From an uncultured Chloroflexia bacterium (GTDB lineage: Bacteria > Chloroflexota > Limnocylindria > Limnocylindrales > CSP1-4): a stretch of DNA of 64,000 nucleotides. The notes beneath the pieces were generated by a model that was given only the letters and a program-made list of their open reading frames with translations, was not told where the DNA came from and searched no databases. Both the position numbers and the translations under genes were made by a program. This document shows positions 18,555 to 27,491 of this stretch, piece by piece. Every line of letters begins with the position of its first letter. The stretch's first letter is position 1. The DNA is taken from NCBI GenBank assembly GCA_963820735.1, contig CAWGBA010000008.1, positions 5,326 to 69,325 on the forward strand, in the 5' to 3' direction.

Positions 18555-18728
18555 CGCCATCTGCCGGTCGAGTCCCCGTGAATGAAAAAACGGTCGCCCG
18601 GCATCAGGCGGATCAAAGAGCTCCCGCCGCATCGGTGCCGCAGGTGCGGCGGGACTCGGTTCGCCACATGAACCATCTCGTGCCTATGGAAGCAGTGACG
18701 GGTCTCCGCTCTGTCGAAGCGGACGCGG

Positions 18729-18797
18729 CTACGCGGCGTACCGGCGAGCGGATCGTCCTGCGCGCCCTCTTGGGGGCTCGAGTCCGTCCGGGGACGC
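18729..18797 (+). repeat. tRNA-3'-fragment repeat copy 5
   Basis: CTACGCGGCGTACCGGCGAGCGGATCGTCCTGCGC...CTCGAGT-CCGTC-CGGGGAC-GC. Confidence 0.85.
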
Positions 18798-19048
18798 TCG
18801 CTCAGACCCGAACAAACGCTGGGAATCCGCGCCGGTGACATCGACCAATCGGCGACGGCATCGGTTCGGCCTCCCACCGGAAGGCTGCCGTCAGGGCCGA
18901 CCGAGTAAGACCTCGCTCCGCGAGCGTCGCGAGCGACGAGCGAGACGGTCGACCTGTTCGAACAGCTCATTGGGCACGGACACGGCAGTTTTCATACCGC
19001 GAGTATCACCCTACCGCAGTTCAAGCCCGGGCCGAGCCGACTTCTTCA

Positions 19049-19732
19049 ATGGATCGAAGGATTCACGGCTCGCCGTCGTCTAAGGTTCGATCGGGCCGCC
19101 ATGCCGGCTCGACGGCGACGAGGACAGCCGTGGGTTCACCCGCGACGGCCGCGACACCAGACCGAGGGTCTTTCACATCGGGGGAGACGGCTTGGGCTGC
19201 GCGTGCCGCTGGCTTCGTGGCCCTCTGCGCCGATGGGGGTGCGTTCCGTGCCTGGTATGACGCGGCGCTGCCTCGAGTCTTTGGCTACGTGCACGGTCGC
19301 GCGAGTGGCAATACCGCACTGGCCGAGGACATTACCCAGCAGGCGTTCATCTCGGCCATCGAGGCGCGCAACAGATACGACGGCCGAGCAGATCCGGTCA
19401 CCTGGATCTGCGCCATCGCTCGCAATGCCCTGCTCGACCACTACCGCCGCGCGTCGCGTGACGAGCGCTGGCATCTGGCGGTGGTGGTCCATGAGATCGT
19501 CGACCCGGGCGCACGCCTCGAACGACTGGATCAGCGCGAAGAGGTCATCGCGGCACTCCGTGCGCTCAGCGTCGACCAGCGGGGCGCGATTCTCTTGCGC
19601 TACGGCGACGGCCTTCCGGTGGGCGAGGTCGCACGTCTGATCGGCCGCTCAGAGGCAGCCACCGAATCGCTCCTCTCCCGGGCGCGCGAGCGCCTCCGCA
19701 CGGTGCTCGAGGTCCCGACCCATGACCGATGA
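19049..19732 (+). CDS. ECF sigma factor (start uncertain)
   Basis: LAEDITQQAFISA, WICAIARNALLDHYRR, SEAATESLLSRAR. Confidence 0.9.
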   Translation: MDRRIHGSPSSKVRSGRHAGSTATRTAVGSPATAATPDRGSFTSGETAWAARAAGFVALCADGGAFRAWYDAALPRVFGYVHGRASGNTALAEDITQQAFISAIEARNRYDGRADPVTWICAIARNALLDHYRRASRDERWHLAVVVHEIVDPGARLERLDQREEVIAALRALSVDQRGAILLRYGDGLPVGEVARLIGRSEAATESLLSRARERLRTVLEVPTHDR

Positions 19733-20726
19733 ACAGCTCGAACGCCGGCTCGGCGTTGTGAACGAGCCCGTCGATCCCGACCCACGCTTTGCCGCCGAGC
19801 TGTTCGCCGACCTTGCGGATCGTCTTGGACTGGAGCGGTCTCCGGGCCTGCTGTCGATCGTCGGGACGGAGGCGGTTCGTCTACCGCGCACCCGACGTGG
19901 CCCTCGCCCCTGGAAGTTGCTACTCGCAGCAGCGATCCTTGCGACCGCAGCCGCCGGAGCGGCGCTGGTGGCGGGCTCGTTGGTTCATCGCGACGACCTG
20001 CTGACCCGTCTCGAAGGCGCCGGTGTTGTGCGCATTGCTGTGCGACCAGATTTCCCGCAGTCCGCGGTTTCTGGACTCGCGGGCTTCGACGTCGACGTGG
20101 CAACCGCGCTTGCGCAACGACTGTCGCTAAACGAAGAGGTTCGACCTCTCAGCGCGAGTGACATGCTCGGTGGAGGCACTACATCCTGGGACCTTGCCAT
20201 GCCCTCGACGATCTTGACGAGCGAGCAAGCGCTCGGATTCGTCATGTCCCGGCCCTATTACGCCTGGCCTGTGTATCTCCTGGTCCGGTCCGACGACCAG
20301 GCCACAACGCCTGGTGACCTAGCCGGCCGCCGGGTTTGTGTCACTGCAGGATCGACCGGCGCGTCCTGGTTGACCGGGCGGCCAGTCGTGGCAGGTGCTC
20401 CTGCACCGCCGAGTGACGTCTCGGTGCGGATGGAAGCAGCGGACCGGGATTGCCTCGCAGCCCTGATCGCCGCCGACGTCGACGCGATGGTCAGCTCGAC
20501 AATGTCGGCAGCCGACCTCGCGACGCGACCGTCATTGCGGTCGATCGGTGCATTCCTGTACCAAGAGCCCCGAGCGGTCCTGGCGACGCGCGATGGCCCC
20601 GATCCCTCACGTCTGATGGACGCGGTGAGCGAGGCACTGTCAGCGATGTCCGCGGATGGCACGCTCACGAACCTGTCACGCAACCGCTTTGGTGGCGGTG
20701 ACCTGTCGGTCCCCGACGTCCCGTGA
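19722..20726 (+). CDS. Anti-sigma-like protein fused to an amino-acid-type substrate-binding domain (SBP_bac_3-like)
   Basis: Coupled to the ECF gene; TM helix, then VRIAVRPDFP...GFDVDVATALA...DLAGRRVCVTAGST. Confidence 0.75.
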   Translation: MTDEQLERRLGVVNEPVDPDPRFAAELFADLADRLGLERSPGLLSIVGTEAVRLPRTRRGPRPWKLLLAAAILATAAAGAALVAGSLVHRDDLLTRLEGAGVVRIAVRPDFPQSAVSGLAGFDVDVATALAQRLSLNEEVRPLSASDMLGGGTTSWDLAMPSTILTSEQALGFVMSRPYYAWPVYLLVRSDDQATTPGDLAGRRVCVTAGSTGASWLTGRPVVAGAPAPPSDVSVRMEAADRDCLAALIAADVDAMVSSTMSAADLATRPSLRSIGAFLYQEPRAVLATRDGPDPSRLMDAVSEALSAMSADGTLTNLSRNRFGGGDLSVPDVP

Positions 20727-20736
20727 GGAGGTCCTG

Positions 20737-22905
20737 ATGCGCTCCTACCGTCCGGTCACGATCTCTGCGCTCGTCGCGCTATGCATGTGCGTGGCTGCCG
20801 GAACCGCCGCGGCCGTCAACCCCACACGCACCGACGCGTCGCTTCCTCCGTTCACCGATGTGCCTGAATACCGTGCGGATGCAGCGAGGACCGGCCGAGA
20901 GGTCGGACCGGGCCCCGTGGAGAAACCGGTGCAGGTCTGGTCACGCACCGTGGACGGTGGGTTCGGCATGCGGCCCATCTTGGCCGACGGTCTGCTGCTG
21001 GTCGGGGGTGCGGACCACATTTTCTATGCACTCGACGCACGGACCGGCGCTGAGCGGTGGCGTTTCCAGGCCGACGATGCCGTCGACGGCATCGGCTCGG
21101 CAGGTAACGGCACCGTCGTCTTCGTCACCGACGGTGGGGTTCTGCACGCGCTCGCCCTGGACGATGGCCACGAACGCTGGAGTCGGCCGGGCATGGACTT
21201 CTACACGGTTATCGAGGGCGACACCGTCTATGCGCCCTCGACCGATCGACATCTCTACGGTCTCGACATCATGACCGGCGACGTCGTCTGGTCGTGGCAG
21301 GCACCGACTGACTTCAACGCCGCCGACACAGCGGCGCTATCCGCGACGGATGACACCGTATACGTCGGAGTCACCGATGGCCGGCTGTATGCGATCTCGA
21401 TCCCGGATGCCGCCGAACGCTGGCATGTGCAGACGGTCGGGAAGTACGCAAACGCAGTTTCTCTCTCCGCCGATCAGGCCTTCATCGCAACGCCGGCCCT
21501 GGGCGAACCCGTCGGTGAGATGTATGTCGCCGACCGCGCGACGGGCGCAGTTGCTTGGACGTTCCGGACGGCAAGCGGCCAGAACGTCGGCGTGGGTGCC
21601 CTCGGCGGCGGCGTCGCCTACGTGGGAACCGCGGACGACGGGGAGTACGCGTTCCCGATTTCCACGACGTCCGGGACTCAACCGGAATTCCTGTGGCACG
21701 TCCCGCTGAACGGCCGGAGCTTCCGGGGGCAGGTGCTTTCCAATGACACGCTCTACGTGCCCCTTCTTGACGCACCGGGACCCATCATCGCCTTCGACCC
21801 GGCCACCGGGGATCGACGCTGGGATCTGCCGGTCGCCGGCGGTCCCTCCGGGATCGTCGTCAGCGGCGGCATGCTCTTCGAGACCGATGATTCCGGCACC
21901 GTTGCCGCATATGCGGAACAAGGCATCAAGGACGCCATCGGCCCAACCGTATCGGGTCCTCTCGGGTCGTTCGCACGATCACAGCCGGCGGACCCCTTCA
22001 CAGTGATCCGAACGCTCGGGCCGGACGACATCGGGGTCAAGGTGCCGCTGGCCATGGACTTCGGGCCCGACGGATTGCTGTACCTGCTGGACACCAACCC
22101 ATCGGTCCGGGTGATCGACCCTGAGACCGACTCGGTCGTGCGGACCTGGGGACAACAGGGGACGGGCGAGGGGGAGCTTGATGTGGCGGACCACAGCGGG
22201 GTAAATCCCGGCAACGGCGACATCGCCGTCGGTCGCGATGGGCTGGTGTACGTCGCGGATGGCTCGAACCACCGAGTCCAGGTGTTCACGAGCGAAGGGA
22301 CCTTTGTCCGGCAGCTCGGCTCATACGGCACCGAGGAAGGGCAGTTTTCCCTGCCGGTTGCGGTGGTCGCCGATGACGTCGGAAACATCTATGTGCTCGA
22401 TGGGGGAACGTCTTCCGTGTCGAAGTTCGGCGCTGACGGCGCATTCGAGTGGCGCATCGGCGGCGCGTCGGCCGCGGACCGCGGGTTGCGCCATATCGAC
22501 GACATCGCATGGCTCCCGGACGGACGACTCGCCCTGGTCATCGAGACCGGTCGGATCGCATCCATCGATCCCGCATCGGGCAACGTCCTGGACTCCTGGG
22601 AGGATCCCGGATTCCAACCCGGTGAGCTCGGATCGAGTTGCCGCATGACACTCGACGGAGCGGGCAACGAGTACGTCTTCAGCTGCGATCCCAAAGAAAC
22701 GCAGCTATTCACCCCCGAGCATGCGTTGCTCGGAGGCAGTTATCAGCCTCGGGACCAGGTGTTCCAGCCGGTGTTCGGTCCCGAGGGTGCAATTTACGCG
22801 CTGGGTTGGGACGACAGCTTCGCGACCCAGATCTATCGATTGGGCGTCACCCTGCCGCAAGCGCAGACGGCTCGACCCTCGGCATCGCCGGCGGCACCCC
22901 GATGA
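20737..22905 (+). CDS. Secreted PQQ-like (BamB) repeat plus NHL-repeat protein
   Basis: GGAGG SD; YALDARTGAERWRF repeats; VYVADGSNHRVQVF NHL motif. Confidence 0.85.
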   Translation: MRSYRPVTISALVALCMCVAAGTAAAVNPTRTDASLPPFTDVPEYRADAARTGREVGPGPVEKPVQVWSRTVDGGFGMRPILADGLLLVGGADHIFYALDARTGAERWRFQADDAVDGIGSAGNGTVVFVTDGGVLHALALDDGHERWSRPGMDFYTVIEGDTVYAPSTDRHLYGLDIMTGDVVWSWQAPTDFNAADTAALSATDDTVYVGVTDGRLYAISIPDAAERWHVQTVGKYANAVSLSADQAFIATPALGEPVGEMYVADRATGAVAWTFRTASGQNVGVGALGGGVAYVGTADDGEYAFPISTTSGTQPEFLWHVPLNGRSFRGQVLSNDTLYVPLLDAPGPIIAFDPATGDRRWDLPVAGGPSGIVVSGGMLFETDDSGTVAAYAEQGIKDAIGPTVSGPLGSFARSQPADPFTVIRTLGPDDIGVKVPLAMDFGPDGLLYLLDTNPSVRVIDPETDSVVRTWGQQGTGEGELDVADHSGVNPGNGDIAVGRDGLVYVADGSNHRVQVFTSEGTFVRQLGSYGTEEGQFSLPVAVVADDVGNIYVLDGGTSSVSKFGADGAFEWRIGGASAADRGLRHIDDIAWLPDGRLALVIETGRIASIDPASGNVLDSWEDPGFQPGELGSSCRMTLDGAGNEYVFSCDPKETQLFTPEHALLGGSYQPRDQVFQPVFGPEGAIYALGWDDSFATQIYRLGVTLPQAQTARPSASPAAPR

Positions 22906-22995
22906 TCCCGCGGCTCGCACGCCTATGACAGCCTGACCCAGGTCCGCGACCGACTCGACCGACCCTCAAACAACCGCACCAGGGAGGTTCCCGCC

Positions 22996-25420
22996 ATGTC
23001 CCGCGTCCCGGGCATCCGTATGCCCATCATCCTGATGCTCGCGCTTGCGGTGCCGACCGCCGTGGTCGCCCAAAGCCCGTCACCGTCCGCCCCGACTCCA
23101 ACCTCAAGTTGGCCGTTGCTCCGGGGTGACGCTGGCCGGTCTGGCCTGGGCTCGAACGGTCCGGTCGGCACACCGACCCTCCGCTGGCGCTACCACGCGC
23201 AAGGGGCCGCAAACGGCCCGATCGTCACTTCGGGTGACCTCGCCTACACCTCGACCGACGACGGCGTGCTGCATGCCCTCTCGCTGGCTGACGGCTCCGA
23301 GCGCTGGAGCTATTCACCCCAGCACGTGCCCATCAGCGGACCCGCGATAGCCGATGGCGTGCTGTATGCCTTCGACGGCCTGGGCACCCTGCTCGCGCTT
23401 GACCCAACCACGGGCAAGGAGGAATGGCACTCGGCCTCCCAGGTCAGCGGACCCACAGCGCCCACGTTCGGTGACGGGGCCCTCTTCGTGGCCTCCGACG
23501 ACGGCGCGCTGCACGCCCTTGACCTGCCCGGCGGGACGGAGCGTTGGAGCCATCCCGTGCCCGGCGGGCAGGGACTGCACAACCCCGCCTATGCCGACGG
23601 GCTCGTGTACGTGGCCGGCGATCAGGGTGGCTACAGCGCCGTCGATGCCACCACCGGCAAGCTCGTCTGGCACCACGACATGGGCACCGATCTCACGGGT
23701 ACCGCGGTCGTCACGGACGGCATTGCGTTCGTGGGTGCGTCCGATGACCCGCCAGGCCATCTCGATGCCTTGGATGCGAAGACCGGCGAGTTGCTCTGGA
23801 GCGATGCCGAACAGGTGTTCTCCCCCGGCGTTGCCGATGGCATTGCTGTATCGCCTGGGGCCATCGGAGCCGTCGTCGCTCACGACGAGCGGAGTGGCAA
23901 AGAGTTGTGGCGGACTTCAATCGAGGGACATACACGACCGCTCGCCATCGCCGATGGCGTGGTGTACGTGGCTGCGGACACCAGTCACGACGTCGATGCC
24001 CTCGGCCTGCGCACCGGCCAGCAGCTCTGGACTTTCCCCGTCGACGGCGGTATCGACTGCTGCGACGCGGTCGCCGACGGTGCTGTTTTCGTCGGCACCG
24101 GGCAGGGTGGCGTGTACGCCATTGGCGGCGGGGGTGAGCGCGACAAGCGCGGACACGCCAATCGGCCGGCCGCCACGGCGCGCGGCCAGCGCATCTTCGT
24201 CGCCGAGCACCGCGGAAACGCCCGCCGTGCCTTCGGTCGCCGACATCTTGACGGGTCTCTGGCATACGGACACCTTGACGAAGGCCCAGATCGCGGCGGC
24301 CTACATCGCAGCTGGTGGCACCCAGGCGGACGGCGAGGCGTTCTTCGCTCAGCTGGGTGGCGGGGCGACCGAGTATGCCCGTATCGGTCTGCGGTTCGAC
24401 GACGGAGCCCTAACGCAGTACGAGCAGGGCGATGATCGACCTGAGGCAGTCGGCTCGCGAGGGCACTACACGATCACTCCGGCCGGCCAGTTCGTGATCA
24501 CTGACCCGATCGACGGCACCTTCACGTTCGACGTGGCCGTGGGCGAGGATGGACTGCGACTGACGCTTGTCGAAGCGCACCCCGAGACACCATGGACTGC
24601 CACGCTATTCGGATCATTCGAGTTCCGTCGCGATAGCGCTCCTGAACCGTCGCCGTCGCCATCTGTCGTCGCTGAAGAGAATGTCGACGGTACCTACACA
24701 GCCTTCGCGCCGAACTCGGCTTTCGTCCAGGCAGGCGGCGACTGGAAGTCTCCGTGTCCCCCGGATCAGCCTGGCGTAAATCTCAAGATCGTCCTCGACG
24801 GCGGTCGCTTGACGGAGTACGAGCGCTGCGCCAGCCAGCCCGAGGCCATCGGCGACACCGGTCGGTACACCCTCGACGGAAACAAGTTCATCAAGACCGG
24901 GGAAGCTGGCGAAGTTGAGACCTACTCCTGGTCATTCGCGAACGGTGTCCTCCACTTGAAGGACGATGCGGCCCAAAATCCCATCTACGACCACGATTGG
25001 ACCCTAGCGAACCCGCCAGCGGCATCGCCGAACGCGACGTCAATCGAGGGCCGTTGGTCATCGCCGCCCGAAACACCGGAGCAGATCAAGGCAGCAATCG
25101 AGGCGGCGGGCTACGACCCCTCGGCGTGGTCCACCAATGCCACGAGCATTGTTCAGACGCTCGACTTCGACTCCGGCCGTCTGACCGTATCCGAGTCCGA
25201 CGACGGCGGGCCGCTGATTTAGGGTTGGGAAGGCTCATATCAGGTCGTCGACGACCACACCTTGGTCGCCCACGACTCGATCTCCACCATCACATATGAC
25301 TATTCGCTCGACGGCGACGTGCTGACCCTGCGGATGATCAAGGACACGCTCCAAGACGCCGGCGAACTCGCCGCTCAAGCGGCGATCTTCGATACCGCCC
25401 CCTTCACCCGTGTGCGCTGA
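22996..25420 (+). CDS. Secreted PQQ-like repeat protein with three C-terminal beta-rich repeat domains; frameshift ~24130 and in-frame TAG at 25220
   Basis: ALDxxTGxxxW repeats; continues in the 23354 frame and past the TAG to TGA 25420, aligning with the paralog 25478-26434. Confidence 0.7.
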
Positions 25421-25477
25421 CCGATCCCTGTCGCGCAGCGCATTCCTTCTCGCCCTCGACACAGCGGAGGTAGTTCG

Positions 25478-26434
25478 ATGACTCGAAAGCTCGCCCTGGC
25501 CATCCCACTCGTACTGGCAATCGCGCTCCCGGCAGCCGCCCTCGCCCAGAGCCCATCCCCGTCGCCGTCGGTCACCCCGACACCGCCCCAGATCGCCACC
25601 CAACCGTTCTCGGGCCACTGGCAGACGGCACCCGTGACGAAAGCCGACCTCGAGGCGGTCGGGGTCTCGGCGGGCTTCATCGCCAGCTGGACCGACACCA
25701 TCATGAACCTGGGTCTCGATGACGGCAGCTACTGGACCGGGGGCGCCCCTACGGGCGGCGTGATGGAGATCGGCGACCGAGGCACCTATTCGGTCGGCCC
25801 GACAGCGCTCGTGACCACCTCGACCGACGGCGCACGCACGTACCTGGATTGGAAGCTCGACGGCGGAGCCCTCCGCTTTGTGCTCGACGAAGCGGCGACA
25901 CTCGCGGCCTACCCGAGCTGGGAGCCCGACCACGACCAGATCATCGACATTCTGCGGGCTGGCTTTGACGCGCAGCCCTACCGACCGACCGACCCAGCGG
26001 CCCTCCCGCCGACCGCAGCATCGCTGCCCGATGGCGTGTATCGAACGGCCGACCTGCCGACCTCGACCATCCTCGCCACGCTCGTCCGCGCCGGTTTCGA
26101 CCCCGCGGGCGCCGCGTCCTGGCTCGCTGACGCCTGGCCAGGGGCGACGACCGTTGCCCTCCAGGTGGCGCTCGACTCGGGTCGCCTGACCGAGTGGGAA
26201 ATCGTCAACGGCGGGCCGGCTTCGATCGGCTGGGAGGGCACCGAGCAACTCCAGGACGACCACACCCTGCTCGCCCTGGCGAGCGGTGGTGACGGCGCCG
26301 TCATCAGCTACGACTTCACCCTCGACGGTGACAGCTTGACGCTGAAGCTCTTGAGCGACAGCGACCAGGACCAAGGTGAGCTCATGGCCCAGACGGCCAT
26401 CTACGACACGGCGTCGTTTACACGGCAACCCTGA
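25478..26434 (+). CDS. Secreted protein with two copies of the same beta-rich (lipocalin-like?) domain
   Basis: GGAGG SD, signal peptide, SPSPSPS linker; LDxGRLT...GxY...LDGDxLTL repeated. Confidence 0.75.
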   Translation: MTRKLALAIPLVLAIALPAAALAQSPSPSPSVTPTPPQIATQPFSGHWQTAPVTKADLEAVGVSAGFIASWTDTIMNLGLDDGSYWTGGAPTGGVMEIGDRGTYSVGPTALVTTSTDGARTYLDWKLDGGALRFVLDEAATLAAYPSWEPDHDQIIDILRAGFDAQPYRPTDPAALPPTAASLPDGVYRTADLPTSTILATLVRAGFDPAGAASWLADAWPGATTVALQVALDSGRLTEWEIVNGGPASIGWEGTEQLQDDHTLLALASGGDGAVISYDFTLDGDSLTLKLLSDSDQDQGELMAQTAIYDTASFTRQP

Positions 26435-26445
26435 CGTCCCGTCCC

Positions 26446-26484
26446 GGTCCGGCGGTGGCGCTTCCTTCTTGCGACCGCCGGACC
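26446..26484. terminator. 11-bp stem-loop between convergent genes
   Basis: GGTCCGGCGGT...ACCGCCGGACC. Confidence 0.55.
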
Positions 26485-26524
26485 ACACCCCATACGGCCC
26501 CAGCATCAATCCTTGTGCTCAAGG

Positions 26525-27415
26525 TCATGCTGGCCCAGCCCGTGCCTTTGGGACGGACTCGGGTCCCATGGTCGGTCTCCAAATGCCCGCCCTTGTCGGT
26601 CGGCCCGCCACTACTGCGGTGGAAAGCCCCCGGATCACCTCGTCGAGCACACGATTGAACCGATCCGGCGACTCCAGCATCAGGAAGTGGCTGGACCTCG
26701 TCAGGATCCGGACGTCGACGCCGTGAGCGGCGAGGTTGCCGAGGTCTGTCGGCCTGTAGTCCGGGTTGATCGCGACAACCGGCACCTTCAAGAGCGGCAG
26801 AGCCCCGACGACCGGCGCTTCATTCGCCAATGAATGGACCATGGCATCGAGGGCGACCGTGGCGCAGCATGAAGCCATGTCTCCGGCCACCCACGCCACG
26901 AGCGCCTGGTCCGTGTCGTGGCTGAAGAGATCTTCGCGCACGAACTTCTCCGTCGCGCCACGGAAGTCGTGCCGGAATGGCTCGGCGAAAGCATCGATCT
27001 CTGCCGACGTCATCGGATCTCCGAGCGCACGATAGGTATCCACCCAGACGAGACCGCGAATGCGCTCTGGCAGCCGCAGCGCCGCTTCGACGATGACGTC
27101 CCCGCCCATCGAATGGCCGATGAGCACCATGTCGTCCAACCCGAGAGCGTCCACGACCGCGACCAGGTCCTCGCCGAACGCCGCGATGCTGAACGACGCA
27201 CGGTCTGTGTCCGATTCGCCGTGGCCCGCCAGATCGAGCGTGACGCATTGGTACCGAGAGGCAAAGAACGGCAGCTGCTCCCGCCAATAACGCCGGTCGC
27301 ACGACCAGCCATGGACGAACACGAGCGCAGGCGTTCCGACACCCTCTACCGCGAAGTGGACCTGCGTCCCTTCTCTCTCAATCACCCCATCGGTCACGGG
27401 CGCGCCTTGCCTCAC
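26525..27415 (-). CDS. Alpha/beta hydrolase
   Basis: FVHGWSCD, LAGHGES, GHSMGG nucleophile elbow, SHFLMLE. Confidence 0.92.
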   Translation of the reverse strand: MRQGAPVTDGVIEREGTQVHFAVEGVGTPALVFVHGWSCDRRYWREQLPFFASRYQCVTLDLAGHGESDTDRASFSIAAFGEDLVAVVDALGLDDMVLIGHSMGGDVIVEAALRLPERIRGLVWVDTYRALGDPMTSAEIDAFAEPFRHDFRGATEKFVREDLFSHDTDQALVAWVAGDMASCCATVALDAMVHSLANEAPVVGALPLLKVPVVAINPDYRPTDLGNLAAHGVDVRILTRSSHFLMLESPDRFNRVLDEVIRGLSTAVVAGRPTRAGIWRPTMGPESVPKARAGPA

Positions 27416-27491
27416 GATCTACCGGGTCAGCACTCCGTGAGCCGGAGGGGTTCCCCCGGTCCTGTCCATGATCGGTCTGGGCCAAGAGAGC

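Larger units (their letters stand above)
619..18797 (+). mobile_element. Putative tRNA-anchored tandem island/cassette array delimited by five att-like repeats
   Basis: Five co-oriented tRNA 3'-end fragments, each preceded by a shared arm; cargo units of 0.8, 2.7, 12 and 2.3 kb lie between them; no recombinase in the window. Confidence 0.5.

Noticed and set aside
619-18797. CRISPR array or intact tRNA genes for the ~70-nt repeats
   Set aside because: Spacing is 0.8-12 kb and gene-containing, and no cas genes are present. There is no D-arm, anticodon arm or proper 5' acceptor strand, so these are tRNA fragments only.
25220-25222. In-frame TAG as amber read-through or pyrrolysine
   Set aside because: CCG CTG ATT TAG GGT becomes CCG GCT GAT TTA GGT (PADLG, matching the paralog's PASIG) by one lost and one gained G. 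A compensating sequencing indel is simpler, and no pyl genes are present.
26545-26566. Reverse-strand CCGAGTCCGTCC match to the repeat
   Set aside because: Only 12 nt, opposite orientation, inside the 3' end of a hydrolase ORF, with no arm and no CCA.
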